DNA from: a virus
Lineage: Duplodnaviria; Caudoviricetes
Virus record (IMG/VR): IMGVR_UViG_3300024046_000019
Span: 1-60,555 of that record
Length of the DNA stretch: 60,555 nt
Direction: 5' to 3' (one strand)
Part shown: positions 26,635-36,253 of the stretch, in pieces
How positions within the stretch are numbered: the first letter of the stretch is position 1
Layout: every line of letters starts with the position of its first letter
Notes under the pieces: model-generated
Database searches by the model: none
The model's input: only the letters and a program-made list of their open reading frames with translations
Told to the model about the DNA's origin: nothing
Made by a program: the position numbers and the translations under genes

Positions 26635-26919
26635 TTACCGCTTCGAGCCTATCAGCCGAGCCCCGGCGCGCGATCCCTTTCGCCAGATCAATTCACACGC
26701 ATGGCGATACTCACCAATGACAAGGGTGAATAGGGCGGGGATGGTCGCGGCCTCGGGTATCTTCAGCATGATCCCGGAAGGCGATACGTTCACCACGGAG
26801 ACCTCGACCGTATCGGTGCCGGACGAAATTTCAGCCGGCCCCACCAGCACTGGCGGCTCCCGTAGTTCTTCTCGTCTTTCCGTCAGTGCTTCCATGAGCG
26901 CCGTGTATCGCGCCGTCAT
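26635..26919 (-). CDS. Single-domain PilZ protein (start may be 26895)
   Basis: RxxxR (RREELR) and NxSxxG (NVSPSG) motifs; CELIWR. Confidence 0.8.
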   Translation of the reverse strand: MTARYTALMEALTERREELREPPVLVGPAEISSGTDTVEVSVVNVSPSGIMLKIPEAATIPALFTLVIGEYRHACELIWRKGSRAGARLIGSKR

Positions 26920-27024
26920 TAACGCGCGTTGAAGCCAAAGGCTAAAATGCAGGTAGGACCGCGAAATTGCCCCTCCGCAGCGCGGCGCAACCCGCGTCGA
27001 GCCCGGTGGGAGCCGTGCAGTCGT

Positions 27025-27264
27025 TCAATCTGGCGCAGAATTCATGATCTCGTTGATGCGGTTCTGTTTTGCGCGCTTGATTAGTGCGGGGGAAATGTCT
27101 CGCTCGTAAAGGAACCGCTGTCTGTCTGAGAGGCTGTCATAGCCTTGGTGGATTACCTGCTGCGCGATCCCGTAAGCTGGCGCATCCGGCTGGATGTCGC
27201 CTTCTTCAATCAGTTGCTCGACGGCGTGATAAAGGTCGAAATCAATATGATCGTTGTGGCCCAT
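27025..27264 (-). CDS. Small acidic hypothetical protein
   Basis: GGAG RBS before MGHNDH; AYGIAQQVIHQGYDSLSDRQ. Confidence 0.7.
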   Translation of the reverse strand: MGHNDHIDFDLYHAVEQLIEEGDIQPDAPAYGIAQQVIHQGYDSLSDRQRFLYERDISPALIKRAKQNRINEIMNSAPD

Positions 27265-27650
27265 GTCCGTTCTCCATCCCAACAGTGAGGGAGAGAATGT
27301 TCCGCAAGCCATCATCCCGCAAGCCTGCTGCTGCAACCAAATGCCCCGCCAGTTTCCCGGCGGGGCACGGCCTCTACCACCAGCCCATGATGCGTCCGGT
27401 GGAAGTGGTGGCGAGACAGATCATCACGAGCTCGGCCAGCGATGGCCAGCTAAGGATGTTGTGCATGTGCTCTCCAGAATGAGAGTCTTGAGCGCCCTCT
27501 CTGGGGATTGCTTCTGGTTGTTTGTTGGGCCTGCGGGGCGGCAGGTGGGGCGCCCACAAACCATATGCGAATAGGCCGTCTCTTTTACAATCTTTGGTGT
27601 CAATTTTGACTCATGTCGGCGGGTTTGGCGCGGTCCAGAATGAGATCGCC

Positions 27651-27752
27651 CGCCGTCGTGGCCGCGCTGGTGTTGCCCAGCGTGATCGCCGCCTCCGTCG
27701 CACCAATTATCTGTGCGAGATGTGCCAGGCAGATGGCCGAGTGACCCTGGCC
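27651..27752 (+). pseudogene. N-terminal fragment of a terminase-associated HNH endonuclease
   Basis: RRRGRAGVAQRDRRLRRTNYLCEMCQADGRVTLA, then no HNH motif; no proper start. Confidence 0.6.
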
Positions 27753-27903
27753 AATGCGTGGTCTAACCAGCTAATCTTCAGGCGCATTGCCGAGCTTCGC
27801 TGCCTCTGGGCGGCGCAGCCTGTTGATCCATATCGCTGAGGCGGTGTCGACCAGCAGGCAAACATGCGGCGTTGAAAGTCGCAACGCGAAAAAGAGATTA
27901 CCG

Positions 27904-28635
27904 CTAGAGACCTTTGGTTTCGGGATTCAGGCCTGCTTTGACCAAATAGACCAAGAAATCCTGCCCATACGGCGTAATGGTCAGCATCTTGCCGTTCCAG
28001 GTGACGAGCTCGTAAGCCTCGATGTAGCGAAGCCAATTACTCATCTCCTCTGGCTTGAGTATATTGGGGTAAGCCTTCTGGACAGTTTCATAATGGTGCT
28101 CGACAGTAGCTTCTGGCAGAGTGCCGCCAGACACGTTCAGGTGTTGGAGTAGCTGTACCTGGCTCTTGAAAATTCGATTGAAGATATACTCGTACGCCAG
28201 TTGTGCTCTTATCTCTCCGTGGGCATGCGCAACTATCTCTGGGATTTGCTCTGGGCGCATTGATTGGATGGCTTCCTGGGCTTCAGTCTGAAAGCGTGCG
28301 GCCAAGGGGCCGCTGGGGCTCGGCAGCGGGGTAGAAGGCTGCGAAAGAGGAGGGGATGGAAGGGACGGCGTCGCATCTGCCTTCGTCTCGGTGTCGCTGA
28401 CTAGGCCGCCTGTAAGAATGTCTCTGTCGGTCGCCTGCTGAACTTTCGCTTCGAAGCTGCCGACCTTCAACTGCCAATCACGATCCTTTAGTGTCTGCCC
28501 GAAGGTTTCTGCAGTTCTGAGCAAAAGCGGTCGGGCCCACCACGCAGCAATCAGAATGGCCGCAGGCCAAGCAGCGGCCGAAAGAAAACCCATTAAAGAG
28601 CCCCACATCGCCACAACGAACGACATCCAGTCCAT
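27904..28635 (-). CDS. Membrane-anchored hypothetical protein (moron)
   Basis: N-terminal TM (AAWPAAILIAAWW), Pro-rich linker, C-terminal helical/winged-helix-like domain. Confidence 0.7.
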   Translation of the reverse strand: MDWMSFVVAMWGSLMGFLSAAAWPAAILIAAWWARPLLLRTAETFGQTLKDRDWQLKVGSFEAKVQQATDRDILTGGLVSDTETKADATPSLPSPPLSQPSTPLPSPSGPLAARFQTEAQEAIQSMRPEQIPEIVAHAHGEIRAQLAYEYIFNRIFKSQVQLLQHLNVSGGTLPEATVEHHYETVQKAYPNILKPEEMSNWLRYIEAYELVTWNGKMLTITPYGQDFLVYLVKAGLNPETKGL

Positions 28636-29032
28636 GCCCATCCTTCCAAACCCAAGACATGAGAGCTTCGCGCAGCATCTCGCCAAGGGCAAGACAGCAG
28701 ATGAGGCGTATGTACTGGCAGGCTTCAAAGCCAACCGGGGCAATGCCGCCCGCTTGAAAGCAAATGAAAGCATCGCCGCTCGTGTCGCTGAGCTTCAGAG
28801 TAAGGCGGCTGAAAAGGCCGAATGGACGGCCGCCGACCGGCTCGCATCGCTCAAGACCATCCATGATGCCCAGGCCAAGGCTGACCCTCGTGTCGCCATC
28901 GCTGCCATTGCCGAAGCCAACAAGATGCAGGGCTCGCATGCGCCGGCCAAGACTGAGGTGAGCGAGCCCGGCGGCTGGGAGCAGGCGGAAGACAAGACAT
29001 GGCGTCAACGGCTGCGCGGCGAAAAGAGCTAG
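28634..29032 (+). CDS. terS: Terminase small subunit
   Basis: MPILPNPRHESFAQHLAKG..ADEAY..AGF...AARL; upstream of terL. Confidence 0.88.
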   Translation: MPILPNPRHESFAQHLAKGKTADEAYVLAGFKANRGNAARLKANESIAARVAELQSKAAEKAEWTAADRLASLKTIHDAQAKADPRVAIAAIAEANKMQGSHAPAKTEVSEPGGWEQAEDKTWRQRLRGEKS

Positions 29033-30450
29033 AGGAAAGCATCTACCTCACCAACCCGGCGCTGTTCGACTTCTGGGAGCAGGTATTTCTTGGCGAGGCT
29101 GACATCGCCGTTCTGCACGGCGGCAGGTCCAGCTCTAAGACCAGGGACACAGCCTGCCAGTTGGTCCGCCTAGTCGATCATGTCGGCGTCAAGATGCGCG
29201 TGCTGTGCATCCGGCGCTTTCAGAACCGCATTCAGGAATCGGTCTACACCGAACTGAAATGGGCAATTGCTCACCTGGGGCTGCAAGTCGCGTTCGACGT
29301 CCAGAAGACGACGATCATCCACGAGGCGACCGGCTCGGAGTTCATTTTCTACGGCATCGAGCGCAACCTTGAGGACATCAAGGGCACGTCCGATGTCGAT
29401 ATCTTGTGGGTCGAGGAAGCCGAGAAGCTGACCGAGGATCAATGGACCGTCATCGGCCCGACGATCCGCAAAGAGGACAGCCTAACGATCCTGCTGTTCA
29501 ACCCGAAATATGTCACGGATTACGTCTGGAAGCATTTCGTCATCAACGCGCCGCCGCACTCGGTTGTTCATAAGATCGACTGGACCGACAACCCGTTCCT
29601 TTCACAAAAGGCATTGCGTGACATCGCCGCGATGCAGGAGAGCAACCCAGAGCTATTCGAGCACGTCTATGGCGGCGTGCCCCTGGGGGACAGCGAGCTT
29701 TCGATCTTCAAGCGCCGCTGGCTCGATGCCTGTGTTGATGCGCACAAGGTTCTGAAACTGGACCTGACCGGCCGGAACATCGTCGGTTTCGACCCTGCCG
29801 ATGATGGCGAGGACAAGAGCGCGACGGCGGACAAGATCGACGGTGTTTTTGTCGATGCCGAGGATTGGTCGAGCGGCAAGGACGAACTAGTCCAGAACGC
29901 CAAGAAGGTCTGGGCAAAGGCGAAGCATCTCAACGCCACGGTGTCCTATGACACGATTGGGGTAGGGGCCTTTGTCGGCGGCTATATCGATGAGCAGAAT
30001 GAGGTAGAGGGCGCCAAGGTGCCTCACTTCGCATTCCATGCCGGCGGCGCCGTTATGGATGGTGACAAGCCAAGCGACCCGACCAACAGCAATTCGCCGC
30101 TGAACAAAGACGAGTATCTGAACCTCAAGGCGCAGGCCTGGGCCAATACCGCCCGACGCGCCATGCTGACATTCAATGCGGTGACGCGGGGCCAGGCCAT
30201 CAAGCCTGAGGACGTGCTTTCGTTCTCGTCGGGGATGGGCAGGGAAATGCTGGACGCCCTGTTCACCGAGCTCTGCGTGCCTTGGTGGGTCGAGAGTGAA
30301 GGCAAGAAGCGCGTCGTGCCAAAAGTGAAGCTCAAGAAGGACTTGGGCGTGAAGTCGCACAACCTGGCTGACGCGGTGATCGCCGCGGACAACGCGAACA
30401 TCGCCGTCGCTGCACCCGCTGCCTCAACCGTATTCACGGGGTTCCTATGA
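28999..30450 (+). CDS. terL: Terminase large subunit (PBSX-like)
   Basis: HGGRSSSKT, WVEEAE, LFNP, GFDPAD, SHNLADA. Confidence 0.93.
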   Translation: MASTAARRKELEESIYLTNPALFDFWEQVFLGEADIAVLHGGRSSSKTRDTACQLVRLVDHVGVKMRVLCIRRFQNRIQESVYTELKWAIAHLGLQVAFDVQKTTIIHEATGSEFIFYGIERNLEDIKGTSDVDILWVEEAEKLTEDQWTVIGPTIRKEDSLTILLFNPKYVTDYVWKHFVINAPPHSVVHKIDWTDNPFLSQKALRDIAAMQESNPELFEHVYGGVPLGDSELSIFKRRWLDACVDAHKVLKLDLTGRNIVGFDPADDGEDKSATADKIDGVFVDAEDWSSGKDELVQNAKKVWAKAKHLNATVSYDTIGVGAFVGGYIDEQNEVEGAKVPHFAFHAGGAVMDGDKPSDPTNSNSPLNKDEYLNLKAQAWANTARRAMLTFNAVTRGQAIKPEDVLSFSSGMGREMLDALFTELCVPWWVESEGKKRVVPKVKLKKDLGVKSHNLADAVIAADNANIAVAAPAASTVFTGFL

Positions 30451-31892
30451 CGTTCGACATCACGGTCCGGCACCCCGAATACGACGCTTTTGCGCCCTCA
30501 TGGGAGCTGATGCGCAACGCCTTTGAGGGTGAGGACGACATAAAGCAGGCCGGGCAGAAGTATTTGCCCCTCAAAAATGGCCTTGCGAAGCTCATGGAGA
30601 GCACATCGCATCGAGCCTTAGCCCAGGCTGCTTACGATGCATACAAGGCCCGCGCCGAGTTTCCTGATCTCGTCGCCCTCACTGTCCGGGGTGCGGTTGG
30701 GACGATCCTCGACCAGGCCGCCGAAATCGAACTGCCGGCCGAACTGGAGCCATTGCGCGAGAAGGCCACGCGCGATGGCCTGACGCTCGAGGCGCTGCAT
30801 CGGCGCATCGCTACCGAACTGATGACCACAGGCCGGTATGGCATCCTTCCCGGCATCGATGACGCGGGAAACCCGTATCTTGCCGGTTACGTGTCCGAGG
30901 CCGTCATCAACTGGGACGTCGACGAGCACCAGACTGCTGATTTTGTGGTGCTCGATGAAACTGGCTCGGTGCGCAACCGTGAGACCAACCAGTGGGAAAC
31001 GGTCGAGCAGTACCGCGAATGCTATGTGGAGGGCGGACGATACAAGGCGCGGGTCTGGACCAAGGTAGGCGAAACGCTGGCCCCGGGTGAGGAAACGGAG
31101 GCCCTGGACCGTAAGCGTCGGCCACTCTCATTTCTCCCGATGGTCTTCATCAACACCAATGACCTACGCCCCGACCCGGACGATGTGCCGCTGTATGGCC
31201 TCGCCAAGCTATCGGTACGCATCTATCAGCTCGACGCCGATCTGCGCCAGACATTGCATTACACGTCTGAGCCGACGCCCATGGTCTCGGGCTATGACGA
31301 TCCTCAGGACGCCATCAAAAATGGCCAGGTGCCGCAGGGTATCGGTGGAACCAATATCTGGGTGCTGCCCAAGGACGGCCGCGGCGAATTCCTCGAATTC
31401 TCCGGGGCAGGGGCAGAGGCCCAGCACAACGAAATTCAGAAGGCCTATGATCGGGCCGTGATGTTCGGCGCCCAGATGCTGGCAGAGAAGGGCAATGCGA
31501 ACGAAAGCGGTGAGGCCAAGCGGGTGCGGCTCGATAGCCAGCACAGCACGCTCAAGGGTATCGCCATGACTTCGGCCTCTGGGCTGGAGAAGGCGCTGCG
31601 CAACGTGGCGATCTGGATCGGCGCGGACCCGGAGAAGGTCAAAGTCGCGCCGAACCTTGATTTCTTCGACCACACACTTTCGGCGCAGGAAATCGCCGCC
31701 ATCGTCAAGGCCTGGCAGGACACTGCCATTTCGTGGCGCACCGCGTTCGACCGGCTCAAGGCCGGCGGTGTCGTGCCCGAGGATCGGACTGCCGAGGAAG
31801 AACTGGCGCTGATGGATCAGGACCAGTTCGGCAACGAGGCAGAGCGACGCGATGTGCTGCCTGCGCCCATTTTTGAGCGCCAAGCCGTCTAG
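30447..31892 (+). CDS. Portal protein (DUF4055-like)
   Basis: Follows terL; HPEY...YLP...YDAYKARA, ESGEAKRVR; 481 aa. Confidence 0.88.
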   Translation: MTFDITVRHPEYDAFAPSWELMRNAFEGEDDIKQAGQKYLPLKNGLAKLMESTSHRALAQAAYDAYKARAEFPDLVALTVRGAVGTILDQAAEIELPAELEPLREKATRDGLTLEALHRRIATELMTTGRYGILPGIDDAGNPYLAGYVSEAVINWDVDEHQTADFVVLDETGSVRNRETNQWETVEQYRECYVEGGRYKARVWTKVGETLAPGEETEALDRKRRPLSFLPMVFINTNDLRPDPDDVPLYGLAKLSVRIYQLDADLRQTLHYTSEPTPMVSGYDDPQDAIKNGQVPQGIGGTNIWVLPKDGRGEFLEFSGAGAEAQHNEIQKAYDRAVMFGAQMLAEKGNANESGEAKRVRLDSQHSTLKGIAMTSASGLEKALRNVAIWIGADPEKVKVAPNLDFFDHTLSAQEIAAIVKAWQDTAISWRTAFDRLKAGGVVPEDRTAEEELALMDQDQFGNEAERRDVLPAPIFERQAV

Positions 31893-32752
31893 CCGAGCAA
31901 TGCGGCGAGGGGAGCGATATAGGGTGAGAATACCGTCATGTGGTTGGCGATGCTCGCGATGAAATCACTGTATGCCTTGGCATAAGAAGGCTTATCTCCT
32001 TGTGATTCTCGCATACCCTCGATGGCGGCTATGGCCTTCCCTCGATCAATTCCGTTAGTGATTTCCTCGTTTGCCAGATCAAGTAGGCGGTCGAATAGTT
32101 CCGACGAATTGGTTGACTGTGTACCGTTGATATCACCGGACGAATTTGCGCTTCCCAAAGTGCCAATAAATTGACCAATATTTCCAACGGTGAATGTGGC
32201 CATCGCGGTTTGCGCTTGAGCTTTTTCGTTGGCATTGAACGACAGGCCTATGCCGACAATGCCCTGTTGCTCCATCCGCACTGCCCAGTCTAGGGCCATG
32301 TCCCGCACTGTGTTGATAATTGCCTGAACCTGAGTGACCGCAAGATGGTTGGCCATCTGGCCAAATTCGACGCCCATTTGTTCGTTCATCATTCGGATGA
32401 AACTGGCTGGAAACTGGACTTCGATATGCCCGCCTTTTGACCGTTCAACCAAATCCTCAAGAGACGAAATTGATTGTCGTACCGGCGCCTGTGAAATCAG
32501 TTCCTGATCTCGATCCGATGCCATCATGATTGGTATCCAGCCTTGAAATGGATTGAGCGCCTTTGGCCGCCCAACGAGCTGTCGGTAGCCAGGGAGCTCG
32601 CCTGTGTGCCCTTCAAGCTCCATTTGGACCCAACCCTCTAGGGCCGGAAGTGAAAGTTTCGCTGCGGCTATTTTGACTTTTCGAAGGATAGTTGAGACAG
32701 GAACGCTCGGATCGAGGGCATCTCGCTGTATTTCTTCAATCAATCCGGCCAT
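31889..32752 (-). CDS. AbiTii-domain protein (moron)
   Basis: LIEEIQRDALD...STILRKVKIAAAKL....WVQMELEGH...LPGYR...NPFQGWIP; antisense and lower GC. Confidence 0.8.
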   Translation of the reverse strand: MAGLIEEIQRDALDPSVPVSTILRKVKIAAAKLSLPALEGWVQMELEGHTGELPGYRQLVGRPKALNPFQGWIPIMMASDRDQELISQAPVRQSISSLEDLVERSKGGHIEVQFPASFIRMMNEQMGVEFGQMANHLAVTQVQAIINTVRDMALDWAVRMEQQGIVGIGLSFNANEKAQAQTAMATFTVGNIGQFIGTLGSANSSGDINGTQSTNSSELFDRLLDLANEEITNGIDRGKAIAAIEGMRESQGDKPSYAKAYSDFIASIANHMTVFSPYIAPLAALLG

Positions 32753-32817
32753 GGTCCGCCTCCATTTTCGCCGAGCTTTAGTGATTCACGGGCGGCCATC
32801 AAGTCCCAGGGCAATCT

Positions 32818-32849
32818 AAGCCCGCCCGGCATCCCGAGGCGGGCTTTTT
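32818..32849 (+). terminator. Intrinsic terminator
   Basis: AAGCCCGCC...GGCGGGC-TTTTT. Confidence 0.65.
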
Positions 32850-32850
32850 C

Positions 32851-33057
32851 ATGGAGAAAGCAATGATCCAATCTCAGCGCAAGCGGCTGCCCAAGGTGAA
32901 GCAATTCAGTGTGGAATGGACCCCGCGCCACAGCTACCACGCCAAGTTTCGCCTCGCCAACGCCATGCGGGTGCAGATCGGCCCTCTTTGCCTCGTTTGG
33001 CGCATGCCGTGGCTGGATCGATCGGCCAGAGCCTTGCACCCCGAGCTCTTCGCCTAG
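32851..33057 (+). CDS. Small basic hypothetical protein between two terminators
   Basis: GGAG RBS before the internal ATG. Confidence 0.5.
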   Translation: MEKAMIQSQRKRLPKVKQFSVEWTPRHSYHAKFRLANAMRVQIGPLCLVWRMPWLDRSARALHPELFA

Positions 33058-33063
33058 TTATCC

Positions 33064-33084
33064 GCCGCCTCAGGGCGGCTTTTT
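33064..33084 (+). terminator. Intrinsic terminator
   Basis: GCCGCC-TCAG-GGCGGC-TTTTT. Confidence 0.7.
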
Positions 33085-33123
33085 CATGCCCGCGAGCCGG
33101 GCCTACACCAAGGAGATAGCCCG

Positions 33124-33903
33124 ATGGGCCTCAAAAGCATCTACTCGTCCGAGGATGATATCCCGGCCGAGCACAAGGATTTCTACAAGGAAGACGGCGA
33201 CAAGTTTGTCCTTGATGTGGAGGGGATCGACGATCATCCGAAGGTGCGCGGCGTCATCACCGCCAATCGCGAAAACGTCCGGAAGCGCGACGAGTTCAAG
33301 GCCAAAGTGGCCGAACTCGAAGGCAAACTCGCTGAAATTCCGGAAGGCTTCGACGCCGAGGAATATCTGGAACTCAAGGCCAAGGCCGGCGACCCCGATG
33401 ACCCCGCCAGGAAGAGGGCGGAGGACGAGCATCTTCAGTCGCAGCGCCAACTCTACGAGCAGCGCATCGCCAACCTCACCAAGAAACACGAGACCGACCT
33501 GGCCGCGCTCAACGAGCAGATTTCGGAGCGGGATGGCTTCATTGACCGATCCGTCGCCGAAGCCGGGCTCAAGACCTCCCTACTCGACGTCGGCGTTGAT
33601 CCCGAACTGCTTGACGGCGCTCTCGCCTATCTCAAGCCCTCGGTGAAGGTCCAGCGGGCCGACGACGGCAGCCGGAAGGCCATTGTCGAAACCGATCTGG
33701 GCGAGATCGCAGTGCCCGAGTTCGTCAAGGACTGGGCGCAGTCGAAGGGCAAGGCATTCCTGAGCAAGCCAACCGGACCCAGCCCCGAGGGCAACAATGG
33801 CGGCGGCCGTGGCTCCAAGCTGCCTGCTGGCAATTTCGGCGGCGACAAGAGCGAGCGCGTCGCTGCGCTCAAGGCAAAATTTCCCGAACTGGCTCAGCAG
33901 TAG
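33124..33903 (+). CDS. Capsid scaffolding protein
   Basis: Acidic coiled coil just upstream of the capsid gene; AAGGAG RBS. Confidence 0.8.
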   Translation: MGLKSIYSSEDDIPAEHKDFYKEDGDKFVLDVEGIDDHPKVRGVITANRENVRKRDEFKAKVAELEGKLAEIPEGFDAEEYLELKAKAGDPDDPARKRAEDEHLQSQRQLYEQRIANLTKKHETDLAALNEQISERDGFIDRSVAEAGLKTSLLDVGVDPELLDGALAYLKPSVKVQRADDGSRKAIVETDLGEIAVPEFVKDWAQSKGKAFLSKPTGPSPEGNNGGGRGSKLPAGNFGGDKSERVAALKAKFPELAQQ

Positions 33904-34013
33904 AGCCGGTTCGCATCGGCTGCCCTCGATGGGGTGCGGCCACGGCGCGACGCGCCTCTCAGCCGGTCTGACGGCACCCCAACTCCTTACAACCCGAACA
34001 TTGAGGTTCAGCC

Positions 34014-34985
34014 ATGTCCCTGTCTCAGATGCAGGTCTTCAACCAGTACATTATGCCCGCCACCATCGAAACGCTCGCCCAGATGGTCGAGAAGTTCAAC
34101 GCTGCGTCGGCCGGCTCCATTCGCCTGACCACGGAAGGCTTCGACGGCGATTTCCTCCAGGAATCGTTCTTCGCTGCCATCCATTCGGCCCAGCGCCGCG
34201 TCGACCGCTACAAGTCGAATGATGCGGCCACGCCCACCGACCTGACCCAGCTCAAGCACTCGGCCGTTAAGGTGGCCGGCGGCTTTGGCCCGGTTCGCTT
34301 CGAGCCGTCGCAGATGACCTGGCTCCAGAAGCCGACCGCCGAGGGCATCGAGGTTGCTTCCCGTAACTTCGCCGAGGCGCTGCTGTCGGACCAGCTCAAC
34401 ACGTCCATCGCCGCGCTTGTAGCCGCGATCAGCAATCAGGCTACGGCGACCAATGATGTCTCGGCCACTGCTGGCATCAGCTACAAGACCATCAACGGCG
34501 CCCACGCCAAGTTCGGCGACCACAGCGGCAATCTCGTCGCCCAGGTTATGACCGGTGGGGTCTTCCACAAGCTGATCGGCCAGAACCTGACCAACCTCGA
34601 GCGCCTGTTCGTTTCGACCAGCGTCAACGTGGTCGATATTCTGGGCAAGGTGGTTGTGGTCACCGATGCTCCGGCGCTGTTCCAGTCCGGTTCGCCGGAT
34701 AAGGAAAAGGTGCTGTCGCTCACTGAAGGGGCAGCCACCGTTTCTGACGGCGGCGACGTCATCTCCAACGTCGAAACCTCCAACGGCAAGGAGCGCATCG
34801 AGACCACTTTGCAGGTCGACTACACCTTCGGCCTGTCCCTCAAGGGCTACACCTGGGACGAGTCGAATGGCGGCAAGTCGCCCACCGACGCGGAAATCGC
34901 GACGGGTTCGAACTGGGACAAGGTCGCAACGTCCATCAAGCACACCGCCGGGGTCGTGACGATCGGCGACGCCTCGAAGGACTAA
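34014..34985 (+). CDS. Major capsid protein
   Basis: 323 aa; FNAASAGSIRL...KGYTWD...SPTDAEIATGSNWDKV...KHTAGV; position after scaffold. Confidence 0.9.
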   Translation: MSLSQMQVFNQYIMPATIETLAQMVEKFNAASAGSIRLTTEGFDGDFLQESFFAAIHSAQRRVDRYKSNDAATPTDLTQLKHSAVKVAGGFGPVRFEPSQMTWLQKPTAEGIEVASRNFAEALLSDQLNTSIAALVAAISNQATATNDVSATAGISYKTINGAHAKFGDHSGNLVAQVMTGGVFHKLIGQNLTNLERLFVSTSVNVVDILGKVVVVTDAPALFQSGSPDKEKVLSLTEGAATVSDGGDVISNVETSNGKERIETTLQVDYTFGLSLKGYTWDESNGGKSPTDAEIATGSNWDKVATSIKHTAGVVTIGDASKD

Positions 34986-35039
34986 AGCCCCACAGGCGGT
35001 GGGCTTTGGCTCGCCGCCTCCCTTGTTGGAGACCTTCCC

Positions 35040-35411
35040 ATGAAAAAGATCATCTATTTCACGGCCGGCGCCGTCGTCACTTCTGGAGAGAAGGCCGACA
35101 TCGCCGCGCTGAACGCCTTGGCCGAGCCTACCTATCAGGTGCAGGTCAGCAACGGTTCGGTACTGCCCAATCTCGGCAAGACCGACGAAGGCGGCAACGT
35201 CATCGAGGCCAGTGATTACGTCGCCGGCACCGTTCCCGACGACTACGAGGGGATCGACGTATTCGACCCGGACGCGCCGCCGCCTCCCGATGTCGGCCCG
35301 GATAGGGCCATCGTGGTCGATGCGCAGGTCCTCACCCTTGGCGCGGAGACCTTCACCTTCACCATCGAGGACGGTGAAATCACAGCGATTGCAGTCGGGG
35401 AGGCCGAATGA
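35040..35411 (+). CDS. Head-region hypothetical protein
   Basis: GGAG RBS; acidic; follows the capsid gene. Confidence 0.7.
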   Translation: MKKIIYFTAGAVVTSGEKADIAALNALAEPTYQVQVSNGSVLPNLGKTDEGGNVIEASDYVAGTVPDDYEGIDVFDPDAPPPPDVGPDRAIVVDAQVLTLGAETFTFTIEDGEITAIAVGEAE

Positions 35412-35950
35412 TGGCCAAGAAGATCGACCTCAACAAGATCGCCTATGTGCGCCATCCGGTCCTGCCGGCGGTCAAGCGCCAGTTGAATGGCAAAGGTTTC
35501 AAGATCATCGACGCAGCCTTTGCGCCGGCCGATGCCAACATCCTCGACGGCACCGGACAGGCCTCCGCGGAGCCGCCTGCTCTGCGCGAAGATGGCCCGA
35601 CTGTCGCCGAATATGTGGAGCGTGGCTACCAGGCGGCGAATTACCCGCCCGAAGGTTATGCTTCGCGCAGCACGTCCGAAGAGATTGCCGCTGCGATTGC
35701 TGCGCAGCAGGCACTGGCCGGCGGCGGTAATGATGGCTCCGGCGCCCTAATCTCGGAAACGCCCGATGGCATCCCCACGCCGATTCCCGACGACTGGGAA
35801 ACCATGCATCACACCAAGCAGATCAGTCTGGCCAAGGCCCTGGCCGGCGATTTCACGGCGTCGGAAGGCCAGACCATGACCGAGAAGGCAAAATCCATCA
35901 TCCTTGCGGCGGTGACGGATCGTGCCAATCCGCCGGCGAAGCCCGCCTGA
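35408..35950 (+). CDS. Head-region hypothetical protein
   Basis: YVRHPV...GFKIIDAAFAP; DGPTVAEYVERGY. Confidence 0.7.
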   Translation: MMAKKIDLNKIAYVRHPVLPAVKRQLNGKGFKIIDAAFAPADANILDGTGQASAEPPALREDGPTVAEYVERGYQAANYPPEGYASRSTSEEIAAAIAAQQALAGGGNDGSGALISETPDGIPTPIPDDWETMHHTKQISLAKALAGDFTASEGQTMTEKAKSIILAAVTDRANPPAKPA

Positions 35951-36249
35951 TGGCTGATATCGTCTCATTGGTGCCCCGCCCGGCAAACGATGGGCCGGAC
36001 GGCCCGCACTGGTCCGGTGAGTGCCTGTGCGGCGCCTGCGGCCATCAATGGCAAGGCGTGGCACCGGTGGGTGATGAAGATCATCTCGAATGCCCGAACT
36101 GTCATCGACATTGGGGCGCGGCCAAGCACGCTATCGTGCCGCCCGCCTCGCTCTGGCGCTGCAATTGCGGTGAGACCCTGTTCTGGCTGACCCCGGCGGG
36201 CGCGCTTTGCCGGCGATGCGGCACCTATTCGAACGATTGGGCGGAGTGA
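35950..36249 (+). CDS. Cys-rich zinc-ribbon protein
   Basis: CGAC, CPNC, CNCG, CRRC. Confidence 0.65.
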   Translation: MADIVSLVPRPANDGPDGPHWSGECLCGACGHQWQGVAPVGDEDHLECPNCHRHWGAAKHAIVPPASLWRCNCGETLFWLTPAGALCRRCGTYSNDWAE

Positions 36250-36253
36250 GCAG

